Shown here: piece by piece, positions 9,731 to 19,899 of the stretch
Layout of the letters: each line of letters starts with the position of its first letter
Numbering within the stretch: position 1 is the stretch's first letter
DNA from: a virus
Taxonomy: Duplodnaviria > Heunggongvirae > Uroviricota > Caudoviricetes
Reading direction: 5' to 3' (one strand)
DNA length: 64,000 bases
IMG/VR virus record: IMGVR_UViG_3300047554_000375
Made by a program: the position numbers and the translations under genes
Notes under the pieces: generated by a model
The model's input: the letters and a program-made list of their open reading frames with translations, nothing else
Databases searched by the model: none
Told to the model about the DNA's origin: nothing

Positions 9731-11908
9731 ATGCCAACACAGATTCAATGGAGAAGAGGTAATACAGCACAGACTGCCGCATTTACAGGTGCGTTGGCTG
9801 AAATTACTGTTGACACGGATAAGAATACACTTGTTGTTCACGATGGTGTGACAGCAGGTGGTTTCTCACTAGCACTAGAATCAGCACAGCAGGATGCTCT
9901 CGCTTACGCTAAAGCAAACGGTGCTTATGATAAAGCGAATACAGCAAATGTTATTGCACAAGGTGCATTTAATAAAGTCAACGTGGCATTTGATGTAGCA
10001 AACACAAAGTTCTCTGCATCCGGTGGCACAATTAATGGTGATGTATCAGTTTCTGGTAATGTTATACCAACAACTGATAATAACAAATATCTAGGATCAT
10101 CACTATATCGTTGGCATACATTGTTCGTTGGTCCAGGTTCTATTGATATTGATGGCATTAAAATTCAGAATACAGCAGGTAAACTTGTTGTTACTGGCGC
10201 TACAGACTTCACGGTTCCTGGTGCTCCTGGTACTTCGGCAATTTCAGCACATGCAAATGCCGCTTTTGATACTGCGAACACAGCATTACTTTCTACTGGC
10301 GCATTTTCACAAGCGAATGCCGCTTTCGATAAAGCAAACTCTGCATACGACTTAGCAAACAATGTTGCACCACAAGTTCAACCTGCTTTCGATAAAGCAA
10401 ACGCTGGTTTTGGTCTAGCAACATCCGGTTTTGCTCAAGCAAACTTAGCATATGATAAGGCTAACTCCGCAACAATCTTGGCTCAAGGTGCTTACGATTC
10501 TGCCAATAATGTTGCACCACAAGTTCAACCTGCTTATAACAGAGCAAACAACGCATTCGCTCAAGCAAACTTGGCGTTCGATACTGCCAATTCTTCATTC
10601 AGTCAAGCAAACTTAGCATTTAATAAAGCGAATAGCGCAAATATTTTAGCGCAAGCCGCTTTTGATGCAGCCAATACAAAATTCTCATCTAGTGGTGGTA
10701 CAGTTTCTGGTGATATGACAGTCACAGGAAACTTGACTATTGGTGGTTCAACAACAACTCTTAGTGCAATAAATTTATCCGTTGCGGATAATATGTTGTA
10801 TTTGAACAATGGTGTATTATCAACAATTACAAATGCTGTTGGTAATGGCACAAGTGTAATCTATACAACTTCTTCTACACACAACTATCAAGTTGGCATG
10901 TATGTAACTGTTACAGGCATGAATCCAACAGGATATAATACCACAAATACAGCAATTACTGCCGTTACTTCAACCACATTCAACATTGCGAGTTCAGCCA
11001 CAGGTAGTTTTGTTTCTGGTGGTACAGCGAGAGCCAAAACCAGTTCAAATCCTGATTTAGGTTTCGCTGGTGGTTATAATGATGGTACTTATCATCATGC
11101 AGGTTTGTTTAGAGATGCTACAGATGGAACTTGGAAATTCTATTATAATTATGATCCTGAACCAGATGCATCACCATTCATTGATACATCGAATGCATCA
11201 TTCAGAATCGCAAATGTAACTGCAAACATTATCACTGATGTTATTACATTGCGTGGTTTGGATCCTCTTGCTTATGCAAACACAATCCAAACTAACGCAC
11301 AAGCAAACGTTGGTGCAGGTCTAATTACTGTCACAAGTGCATATCAAGCAAACGTTGGTGCAGCCAGAATTGCAGACTTGGCAACAAATCAAGCAAACAC
11401 TGGCGCTGGACTAATTACTGTTACTGGTAAAGTTAATTCTGCTTTTGCTCAGGCTAACTTAGCATTCAACCAAGCGAACTCAGCCGCATTCTCTGCAAAC
11501 ACTAAAGTAAGTAAGAGTGGTGATACAATTGCCGGTACATTGACTGCTGAAGCATTTGTATCTAATACAACATTCTCGGTTGGTGGTACAAGTTATGTTG
11601 CAGTTTCTTCTAACACATTTACAACATCATCAACATCACAAGTAGCAATTGATTCGTTCGATAAAACAATTTATAGAAGTGCCAAATATTTTGTTCAACT
11701 AACATCCGGTACAAGTTATCATACGATTGAAATTAATGTGATGCATGATGGTACAACTACATACATAGCACAATATGGTGAAATGTTCAGTGGATCATCA
11801 CTAGGAACATTTGATGCATACATATCAGGTGGCTTTGTCAATCTGTATTTGACAGCCGCCAATAATGTAACAGTTGCCAAATTAGCAAGAACAGCAATCG
11901 TAATTTAA
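9731..11908 (+). CDS. Tail fibre protein with major tropism determinant N-terminal (Mtd-N)-like domain and heptad stalk
   Basis: MPTQIQWRRGNTAQTAAFTGALAEITVDTDKNTLVVHDGVTAGGF closely resembles the N-terminus of Bordetella phage Mtd; about 20 A-F/Y-x-x-A-N-x heptads; C-terminal YRSAKYFVQ domain. Confidence 0.8.
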   Translation: MPTQIQWRRGNTAQTAAFTGALAEITVDTDKNTLVVHDGVTAGGFSLALESAQQDALAYAKANGAYDKANTANVIAQGAFNKVNVAFDVANTKFSASGGTINGDVSVSGNVIPTTDNNKYLGSSLYRWHTLFVGPGSIDIDGIKIQNTAGKLVVTGATDFTVPGAPGTSAISAHANAAFDTANTALLSTGAFSQANAAFDKANSAYDLANNVAPQVQPAFDKANAGFGLATSGFAQANLAYDKANSATILAQGAYDSANNVAPQVQPAYNRANNAFAQANLAFDTANSSFSQANLAFNKANSANILAQAAFDAANTKFSSSGGTVSGDMTVTGNLTIGGSTTTLSAINLSVADNMLYLNNGVLSTITNAVGNGTSVIYTTSSTHNYQVGMYVTVTGMNPTGYNTTNTAITAVTSTTFNIASSATGSFVSGGTARAKTSSNPDLGFAGGYNDGTYHHAGLFRDATDGTWKFYYNYDPEPDASPFIDTSNASFRIANVTANIITDVITLRGLDPLAYANTIQTNAQANVGAGLITVTSAYQANVGAARIADLATNQANTGAGLITVTGKVNSAFAQANLAFNQANSAAFSANTKVSKSGDTIAGTLTAEAFVSNTTFSVGGTSYVAVSSNTFTTSSTSQVAIDSFDKTIYRSAKYFVQLTSGTSYHTIEINVMHDGTTTYIAQYGEMFSGSSLGTFDAYISGGFVNLYLTAANNVTVAKLARTAIVI
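10247..10678 (+). repeat. Heptad (21-nt period) coding repeat including an exact 28-nt duplication
   Basis: AFDKANS/AFAQANL-type heptads; aatgttgcaccacaagttcaacctgctt occurs at 10361-10388 and 10508-10535, 147 nt (7 heptads) apart. Confidence 0.85.
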
Positions 11909-11910
11909 TA

Positions 11911-14058
11911 ATGTCAGTATCTTTTTCTTCCGGTGTTAGTATTGAAAATGGTGTCAGACTGGTTCAACCACCAGCGATGATTTCCATTAGTTCGCAACCT
12001 ACAAACAACACCGTGAATTATGGTGCAAATGGAAGATTTGCAGTAACGGCAGCAATCACTCGTGGTGCGCCATTATCATATCAATGGCAGAAACAAGAGA
12101 ATAGCACTGGCTCGTGGGTTAACATTAGTGGTGCCACCACATCTTCTTATAATGTAGCATCAGCAGTTTATCCTGATGATGACAATGATTCATACCGTGT
12201 TGTTTTAACTGGCGGTTTGAATGCGAACACATTAACATCAAATACTGCCACACTATCCGTTACGCCTTCTGTTATTACAATTACTAATCAATCGTCTTTG
12301 ATTAACACATCGGCGAATGAAACTAATATACTAACATTTAGTGTGAATGCATCAATAACTTTAGGTGCAACATTATCTTATCAATGGCAGAGACAGGATA
12401 GCGGTTCTGCAACATGGAACGACGTTATTAACGGATCATTTTCATCATACACTACAGGATTCTTAACGAATGCTGATGATAATGGTGACAGTTATCGTGT
12501 TCGTATTTCAGGTACAAAAGGTGCCACTACAGTTTACTCAAATACAGCAACAATAACAGTTAATGTTGTTTCGCAGCCAGATACATTTGCTGTCGAAAAT
12601 TATTATAACTACTACGGTGCCGCAGATGGCACACAAAGTTACTTCAATTCTGGCGTCACATGGGGTGAATTAACAAGTGATTATGTCTCTTTAATTGCTT
12701 ACTATGGTGGAACTGATGTTGGTGGAAGAACAGTTATTGAACTTAAAGATGGTACATATGATTCATTCGGTTCATTTACTGTTACAAACGGTGCTATTGA
12801 TGGAGATGGTCCTGGTGATATGAGAACATTTAATATAATGAACACATATTATGTTTTCCAATATGATGGAACTGATGCATATTTCAGAAATTATAAAAAT
12901 ACAGACACCCTATATTTGCCTGACCAAGTTGGTTATGGTAGAACTGGTATTTGGTATAATACAATGTACCAAGAAACTATTAGTCCTGGCATCAAACCTG
13001 ATACAGTTACTTTGTCAGGGGGAATGGGTGGTGGTACATACTACGGATTCAACGTAGACTACAACGATTTCCAAATATTCGGTTACACCAATCTACAATA
13101 TGATTACTTCAAACGAATCGTATATGATGGCACAAACACAGTTATTAAAATGAATCCTGGTCAATATGATTTGGGAGGTTCAAATACTTTCATTGTTCAA
13201 TCTAACAATGCAATTGGTGGTGATACAACAGGTTCAACACGATACTTCAATATCGGTGGAACAAATAAAACATTCACATACAGTTCATCAACTGGATTAT
13301 ATTCGAAATCTGGTGATGAGTTCGGCTTATATGATGCAGTAGCACAAGGACAAACATTAACTATAGTTTATGATCCTTCTAACCAACCTGCACAAGGCGG
13401 TGGCGGCAGTGGCGGCGGCAGTACAGTAACATATGTTGCAGATACTGATTTTGATCCTGGAACAAATGGACCTCCTGGTCTAAGTATTGGTGGGCAGCAA
13501 GGTCAATACACCATCACAATTTTCAATTCTGGTTGGACAAATACTACAGCAAGAGATTTGATTCTGTCTAAACCATCTGGAACAGTATTCACAGCCATTA
13601 TTGGTGGTTATACAAGAACAGTAACAATGACTTCTGGTTGGACAAGTTTCAATGGCGGTGCAGGTTCTTACGCTTCAGTAACAGCGGATGAAATGCTTTA
13701 CGGTGCAACAACTTCTATTACTGTTCCCGGCGCTGGCGGTTCTTCCGGTGGTGGCGGTGGCACTACTGTCAATTTCACATTGTTCGGAATTTGGACAGAT
13801 AACGGTATGGTATCATTTAGAGTCTTAGCGACAGAGACGGCAGATGTTGCTTTAATGGATGCAATTCCATCAGGTGCTACCTTAACTATTACTGATAATG
13901 CGGCCCCAACGATAACACTAACCTTAAATGGTGGATTCACTAAATCTGGTCCAGCTGGACCACCAGGATATGAGAGATACTACTATGATGCTGTGGTAAC
14001 GACAAATAACGCTAATTTCCCTGCAGATTATGGTCAGATAACTTCAATATCATATTAA
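11911..14058 (+). CDS. Virion adhesin-like protein with two Ig-like (I-set type) domains and Gly-linked variable domains
   Basis: Two repeats of ITxQP/S...LSYQWQ.Q..gs.tW.nI.gat.ssY...DD.DSYRV; GGGGSGGG linkers separate downstream domains. Confidence 0.7.
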   Translation: MSVSFSSGVSIENGVRLVQPPAMISISSQPTNNTVNYGANGRFAVTAAITRGAPLSYQWQKQENSTGSWVNISGATTSSYNVASAVYPDDDNDSYRVVLTGGLNANTLTSNTATLSVTPSVITITNQSSLINTSANETNILTFSVNASITLGATLSYQWQRQDSGSATWNDVINGSFSSYTTGFLTNADDNGDSYRVRISGTKGATTVYSNTATITVNVVSQPDTFAVENYYNYYGAADGTQSYFNSGVTWGELTSDYVSLIAYYGGTDVGGRTVIELKDGTYDSFGSFTVTNGAIDGDGPGDMRTFNIMNTYYVFQYDGTDAYFRNYKNTDTLYLPDQVGYGRTGIWYNTMYQETISPGIKPDTVTLSGGMGGGTYYGFNVDYNDFQIFGYTNLQYDYFKRIVYDGTNTVIKMNPGQYDLGGSNTFIVQSNNAIGGDTTGSTRYFNIGGTNKTFTYSSSTGLYSKSGDEFGLYDAVAQGQTLTIVYDPSNQPAQGGGGSGGGSTVTYVADTDFDPGTNGPPGLSIGGQQGQYTITIFNSGWTNTTARDLILSKPSGTVFTAIIGGYTRTVTMTSGWTSFNGGAGSYASVTADEMLYGATTSITVPGAGGSSGGGGGTTVNFTLFGIWTDNGMVSFRVLATETADVALMDAIPSGATLTITDNAAPTITLTLNGGFTKSGPAGPPGYERYYYDAVVTTNNANFPADYGQITSISY

Positions 14059-14093
14059 TACATAAATAGAACATCAATAGGGGATAGTGAACC

Positions 14094-14651
14094 TTGGCAA
14101 ATCAGAATTTCATAGTCAAAAATGGTTTGACTGTCGGTAACACGGCAGTCATTGATTCATCTGGCGCATGGGTAGGACCAAGTAGCGGTCTTACAGGTGC
14201 AACAGGTCCTGCTGGTGTTAATGGAGCAACAGGACCAACTGGTCCTACAGGCGCAACAGGTGCAGCCGCAACTTGGACAAGAGTTACAACAACATACAGC
14301 GCAAATAGCAATCAGCAAATCATCGCCGATACATCAACTGGCGGTTTCACAATCACACTACCATCAACACCATCAACAGGTAATGTTGTAAAAATTACCG
14401 ATGGTTATGATTGGTCAGCAAACAATCTCACTATTGGTCGCAATGGTAGCACAATCGAAACTTCTCACGAAGATTTAGTTTTAGATATCAGAGGAATTAC
14501 AGTAGAATTAATCTATGATGGCGGTACATGGCAAGTTACTGCCACTATCGGTGGTGTTGGTGCAACAGGACCAACCGGTCCTAGTGGTCCTGCCGGACCT
14601 GCGGGCGTAAGTGCAGACACATTCAATCCATTTTTATTAATGGGAGCATAA
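14094..14651 (+). CDS. Collagen-like tail protein (TTG start)
   Basis: GGGGA SD then TTG; ANQNFIVKNG anchor; two G-X-Y tracts flank an IIADTSTGGFTITLP..P..G..V.I.D domain; ends FNPFLLMGA. Confidence 0.75.
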   Translation: MANQNFIVKNGLTVGNTAVIDSSGAWVGPSSGLTGATGPAGVNGATGPTGPTGATGAAATWTRVTTTYSANSNQQIIADTSTGGFTITLPSTPSTGNVVKITDGYDWSANNLTIGRNGSTIETSHEDLVLDIRGITVELIYDGGTWQVTATIGGVGATGPTGPSGPAGPAGVSADTFNPFLLMGA

Positions 14652-14654
14652 TAT

Positions 14655-14984
14655 ATGGCAACAACATACAAAGTTTTAGGACAAAGTAATCCTACAGCGA
14701 ATACATTAACAACACTATACACTGTACCAGTGGGTGCGAATTCAGTTTCAAGCACTATTGCAATTTGTAATATTGATGCAAACGCCGCAACATTTAGAGT
14801 AGCAGTTAGACCTTCTGGTGAAGAAATTGCAAATAAACATTATTTGAATTACAACACACCAATACCTGGTAATGATACAATCACAGCAACTATTGGTTTG
14901 ACATTATCAGCAAACGATGTTGTTTCTGTAAATTCTAGTTCAAGTCTTCTTGCATTTTCTTTATTTGGTAGTGAGATTAGTTAA
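14655..14984 (+). CDS. Conserved hypothetical virion protein
   Basis: MATTYKVLGQSNP.ANTLTTLYTVP motif, typically following collagen-like genes in aquatic phages. Confidence 0.6.
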   Translation: MATTYKVLGQSNPTANTLTTLYTVPVGANSVSSTIAICNIDANAATFRVAVRPSGEEIANKHYLNYNTPIPGNDTITATIGLTLSANDVVSVNSSSSLLAFSLFGSEIS

Positions 14985-17900
14985 TGGGTTTTCGTACATC
15001 AAGTGCTAGACGTTCATCAGCACAAAGTACCGTAGCAAGTTCGATTGTTGTTCTTCCTCCAATCGGAGGTCTTGGACCAACTTTATCTGGCGGCGGTATA
15101 ACAGCAAACACGGTTGTTCAAACACAAATCGTTCAAGCAGGTCAAACATCGTCACAATCAACAAGTACGCTTTCTAGTGTTAAAGTTACCAATGTGTTCG
15201 TAACAGATTCAAACTTTACTACACTTGATGATACAGCACTTGATCCTGCTGGTGGTTACTTAAAAATTGTAGGCACAGGTTTTGCTTCTGGTTGTGCAGT
15301 TTATTTGAATGGTTCTTCAGTAACTACTACATTCATTAGTTCAACTGAGTTAAGAGTTACCACTCCAGCAACAGTTGCTGGCACATATAATTTGATGGTA
15401 TTTAATTCAGATGGTAATGGTGCTATCTACTTGAATCTTGGTGTTTCTAATTTCCCTGCATATACCACATCCGCTGGTTCACTTGGCACAGTATACGAAA
15501 CAAACGACTACACACAATCCGTTGTTGCTACTGGTGATGCACCACTTGTTTACAGTTTGTATTCTGGCTCATTACCACCAAATGCTACATTGTCATCCAA
15601 CGGTGTAATCTCTGGAACATCAGATGTAGAAAACGCAAGCAACACATATTCATTTGTTGTCAATGTTAAAGATGCACAAGGTCAAGATAGTACACGTTCA
15701 TTTAGTTTAACGATTCTATCGGATGTTGTTTCATGGAGTTCACCCGCTAACAATTCCACCATTACATTGGATGGTGGATCACTAATGTCAAATGTCACAC
15801 TTTCTGCAACATCTGCGACAGGTAAAACAATAACATATACAGCGAACACATTACCAACTGGCGTGACATTAAGTGGTAATACAATATCTGGAACACCAAC
15901 AACACAAGAAATTCTGTACACTGAGTTGACTGCAACAGCAAACACAACAAATAGAACAGCAAAGCGTTATGTTTCTTGGGTAATCAATTTGGGCGATGTG
16001 TATTTCAGTTATGTCTCATTATTATTGAGTGCAAAAACAACAGTACAGGTACCAAGTTTCATTAATGATAATAGCACTAACAAGTTTGAGATTATTCCAC
16101 TCGGCGATACTCGTGCTAGTAACTTTAATCCATATCAACAAGGATATTACAGTAACTACTTTGATGGTAGTGGTGATTACTTATCATTTACTGGAGCAGG
16201 TTCAACATTCAATAATGATAATTCATCCAGCATGACCATTGAATTTTGGGCATGTGCGGCTGCGGCTTTAACTAGTGGTATTGGTTTTTTTGGTTATGGA
16301 ACATTATCAAATGGTTATTCTTTATTAATTGATGGAAGTCGCTGGGTATTAAAAAGTGCGTCAGGAACAGATAGAAACGTTTTTGTTGTCGGGTTTGATA
16401 CAAGCAACACACCGATTATCGGAAAATGGCAACATTATGCGATAGTATTTAATACTGGTAATGGTTATTTTTACTTAGATGGTAAATTAATAGGTTCAGG
16501 AACATTAGTAACCTCTACACTATCATCTTCAACATTTTCTGTAGGAAATGGATATAGTGCATCATATATTATGAATGGACATATTAGTAATTTCCGTGTC
16601 GTTAAAGGTAGCGCATTATACTCAGGAACCAGTGTTGGCGTAAAATACTTTACTTCACCAACAGCACCATTAACTGCGATTGCCAATACACAATTATTGA
16701 CTTGTCAAGATAATCGTTTTCTTGATAGGTCTACCAATAACTTCACACTTACCAGAAGCGGTGATGTTACTGTAAATCCAGCACATCCATTTGTAGCAAA
16801 TACAAGTCATTCGACATATGGTAGTGGATACTTTGATGGCACAGGTGACTATCTAAACATTGCATCAACAGGTGCAATTAATATTGGTACCAACGATTTC
16901 ACACTTGAGGGATGGGTTTATAGAACAGCAACAACATCATATCAAACATTCTTTAGTTTCAATCATTACACAACTGGTATCTTGGTGCGTTGGGAAACCA
17001 CCGTAATAGGTGTTTACATTGGTTCAACAGCATATTCATTCTCTTTGCCTGACCGTATTCCATTAAATGTTTGGACACATGTTGCAATGGTTAGAACAAA
17101 CGGTGTGGTTATTATTTACTTTAATGGTGTTGAAGCAACGAGATTCAATTCTACATACAGTCTTTCGATAACATCATCAAATCTTGGTAGGTCAATTCAC
17201 AATTCAACTGAATTGTGGAACGGTTATATATCGGATGTAAGATTGGTTGCTAATACTGCACTATACACATCAAATACAGCACCACCAACAGCACCACTAA
17301 CAGCGGTTGCTAATACACAATTGTTGACATTACAAACTGATGGTAGTCATAACAACAGTAATTTCAAAGATGAATCTTGTTTCAATGCATTAATTACTAG
17401 AAACGGAAACGTTACTAACGGTGCATTTAGTCCATATGGTGCTAAATGGAGTAATTACTTTGATGGCAGCGGTGACTTCTTGAGTATTCCAACAACAGGA
17501 AGTCAGTTAGATGCTACTGGTGATTTCACAACCGAAATGTGGATATATTGGAATTCCATGCCTACAACTGGTTATCAAAATATTTGTGGACAAGGTGCCG
17601 CAGGTCAGAATAGTTATGGACTTTATGCCGCCAATGCAGCCGGTAATACATGGTCAGCACCATATAAATTCAAATTGAATATAGCCAACGTAGGTGACTA
17701 TTTAACAGGAGACACAACACTGGTTGCTGGTCAATGGTATCATTTAGCACACACTAGAACAAGTGGTGTCAACAGATTATTCGTTAATGGTGTTCTTCAA
17801 TCAGGCACATATACTGATAGCACAAGTCGTGGGTTTGGTGGTAATGCATATACTATTGGAAATAATAGTAATTGTTACATCAGCAATTTTAGATATATCA

Positions 17901-19891
17901 AAGGCACTTCACTATACACAGCAACATTTACGCCACCAACTGAGCCGTTGTCACCTGTTGCGAATACAAGTTTATTAACATGTCAAGACAATAGATTGAT
18001 TGATGAATCAATCAACAACCTCACCATTACCAAAAACGGTGATGTGTCAGTTCGTGCATTTGCTCCGTTTGTTGGTGTAACAAGTGTTCCGACAAGTTAT
18101 AGTGTTTATTTTGATGGTAGTGGAGACCAATTAACTACTTCTTCAATATCATTTACTGGTAATTACACAGTTGAACTTTGGTTCTACGCAACAACTCAGA
18201 TACAAAATTTTCCCTCTCTATTCGCTGCCGGAACTAATTTATATCTTCAATACGCACACAATGATAATCCGGGACAACGAGTTAGAGTGATAGCCGGTAC
18301 AACAATATCCCCAACTACAACGGTTACTAATAATGCGTGGCATCATTTTGCAGTTGTGAGAAGTGGTAGTACCGTGACTGTTTATGTTGATGGAACAAAT
18401 ATTGCTACTGCAACAGATTCATCTACAATTGGAGGAACAGTAACAATAGGTGGTCAATCTGCTACGGCTGGAACTTTAGCTTTTGCAGGTTATATTTCTA
18501 ATGTTAGAGCAGTAAACGGAACAGCAGTATACACCTCAAATTTTACACCAAGCACAACACCATTAACTGCAATTGCAAACACATCTTTGTTAACTTGCCA
18601 ATCATCAACAATAATTGATAACAGCACAAACTATTTCACATTAACTGCTGTTGGTGATACTAAACCAAGAGTGTTCAATCCATTTGGTCAAACAAATACA
18701 ACAAAAGTCCCATATTATCCCACAACTTTTGGTGGTTCTATGTACTTCGATGGTTCAGGTGATTATTTGGTTTGTCCCGCATCTGCTGGTATCGCAGGTA
18801 CAGGTTACAGTTGGACCATTCAAGGTTGGTTCTATCAAACATCAGTTGGTGCATTCACTAAAGTTATTTTGGATGGATGGAATGGTGGCACAACACAATT
18901 CTTATTGAGAAATAACTCAAACTATTTAGAGTTCTATCTCACTGGTGGGGTAGCCATTTCAACTGGTGCAAACGCAATCGTAGCAAATCAATGGTATCAT
19001 TTCGCCATAGTTAAAGATGTTGACAATAGCAATACTGTAACAATGTATTTGAATGGTATCAAACAAGGAACATCATTAGCAAACTATACAACATCTGTGT
19101 CTAGTGGAACATTTGGTATCGGTGGAGCATCTAACGGAGGAAGTGAAGTATTCCCTGGTTATATCTCTGATGTTCAAATAATTAAGGGCACAGCATTATA
19201 CAGAAGTAATTTTGTTCCACCAGTGTCACCACTTTTACCTGCAACAACTGTAGGTGCAAACACAGTCATTTCTAATTTGTTTTTGCCTGGTTCATTAGGC
19301 GGTGTTATTGATGCAACAAGAGGTTTAACAATCGAAACATCCGGTGCTGTTAGAGTAACATCGAATACAACACCTTATGCGTCAACAAGTCAGAGTTATT
19401 ATTTTGATGGTTCATCAGGCAAACTTATTATTCCTGCATCGCCAAATTTGAGTTTTGGTACTGGTGACTTCACTATTGAATTCTGGATGAAGACAACGGA
19501 TACATCAGCAGGTTTAATTACATCAGCGACAACCGGTTCTGGCTACTGGGCATTATTGTTAGTTGGTGGAACTTTATATTGGCAAAGTGCATATAATGCA
19601 TCCAACTTGAAAACACAATCAATGTCTAGTTACTTGAATAATGCTTGGGTGCATGTTGCTATCGTTCGTTCATCAAGTTCTATGAATTTTTATTTTAATG
19701 GACAAGTTCAAGGAACAGCAACATCAGACACAACAAACTATAATGGTACAGCAAACGGATTGACTATCGGACAAGATCCACAGACCAACGGATACTACTT
19801 AGGTTATTTGGCAGATTTGCGTATCACAAAAGGTTATGCTCGTTACACAACAAACTTTACAGTACCAGCAACTCCACTTTCTGAGAAATAA
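14984..19891 (+). CDS. Large lectin-like virion protein: IPT/Ig domains plus six Concanavalin A-like/LamG modules
   Basis: Six YFDG(S/T)GD-type module starts, each followed by dfTiE.W, W.H.A.Vr, G.isn.R.vkgtAlY...F..pt.pLtaianT.LLtcQ. Confidence 0.85.
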   Translation: MGFRTSSARRSSAQSTVASSIVVLPPIGGLGPTLSGGGITANTVVQTQIVQAGQTSSQSTSTLSSVKVTNVFVTDSNFTTLDDTALDPAGGYLKIVGTGFASGCAVYLNGSSVTTTFISSTELRVTTPATVAGTYNLMVFNSDGNGAIYLNLGVSNFPAYTTSAGSLGTVYETNDYTQSVVATGDAPLVYSLYSGSLPPNATLSSNGVISGTSDVENASNTYSFVVNVKDAQGQDSTRSFSLTILSDVVSWSSPANNSTITLDGGSLMSNVTLSATSATGKTITYTANTLPTGVTLSGNTISGTPTTQEILYTELTATANTTNRTAKRYVSWVINLGDVYFSYVSLLLSAKTTVQVPSFINDNSTNKFEIIPLGDTRASNFNPYQQGYYSNYFDGSGDYLSFTGAGSTFNNDNSSSMTIEFWACAAAALTSGIGFFGYGTLSNGYSLLIDGSRWVLKSASGTDRNVFVVGFDTSNTPIIGKWQHYAIVFNTGNGYFYLDGKLIGSGTLVTSTLSSSTFSVGNGYSASYIMNGHISNFRVVKGSALYSGTSVGVKYFTSPTAPLTAIANTQLLTCQDNRFLDRSTNNFTLTRSGDVTVNPAHPFVANTSHSTYGSGYFDGTGDYLNIASTGAINIGTNDFTLEGWVYRTATTSYQTFFSFNHYTTGILVRWETTVIGVYIGSTAYSFSLPDRIPLNVWTHVAMVRTNGVVIIYFNGVEATRFNSTYSLSITSSNLGRSIHNSTELWNGYISDVRLVANTALYTSNTAPPTAPLTAVANTQLLTLQTDGSHNNSNFKDESCFNALITRNGNVTNGAFSPYGAKWSNYFDGSGDFLSIPTTGSQLDATGDFTTEMWIYWNSMPTTGYQNICGQGAAGQNSYGLYAANAAGNTWSAPYKFKLNIANVGDYLTGDTTLVAGQWYHLAHTRTSGVNRLFVNGVLQSGTYTDSTSRGFGGNAYTIGNNSNCYISNFRYIKGTSLYTATFTPPTEPLSPVANTSLLTCQDNRLIDESINNLTITKNGDVSVRAFAPFVGVTSVPTSYSVYFDGSGDQLTTSSISFTGNYTVELWFYATTQIQNFPSLFAAGTNLYLQYAHNDNPGQRVRVIAGTTISPTTTVTNNAWHHFAVVRSGSTVTVYVDGTNIATATDSSTIGGTVTIGGQSATAGTLAFAGYISNVRAVNGTAVYTSNFTPSTTPLTAIANTSLLTCQSSTIIDNSTNYFTLTAVGDTKPRVFNPFGQTNTTKVPYYPTTFGGSMYFDGSGDYLVCPASAGIAGTGYSWTIQGWFYQTSVGAFTKVILDGWNGGTTQFLLRNNSNYLEFYLTGGVAISTGANAIVANQWYHFAIVKDVDNSNTVTMYLNGIKQGTSLANYTTSVSSGTFGIGGASNGGSEVFPGYISDVQIIKGTALYRSNFVPPVSPLLPATTVGANTVISNLFLPGSLGGVIDATRGLTIETSGAVRVTSNTTPYASTSQSYYFDGSSGKLIIPASPNLSFGTGDFTIEFWMKTTDTSAGLITSATTGSGYWALLLVGGTLYWQSAYNASNLKTQSMSSYLNNAWVHVAIVRSSSSMNFYFNGQVQGTATSDTTNYNGTANGLTIGQDPQTNGYYLGYLADLRITKGYARYTTNFTVPATPLSEK

Positions 19892-19899
19892 ATAACTGA

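Noticed and set aside
9731-11908. Diversity-generating retroelement suggested by the Mtd-like N-terminus
   Set aside because: No reverse transcriptase, no template/variable repeat pair with A-specific mismatches and no C-type lectin tip in the window
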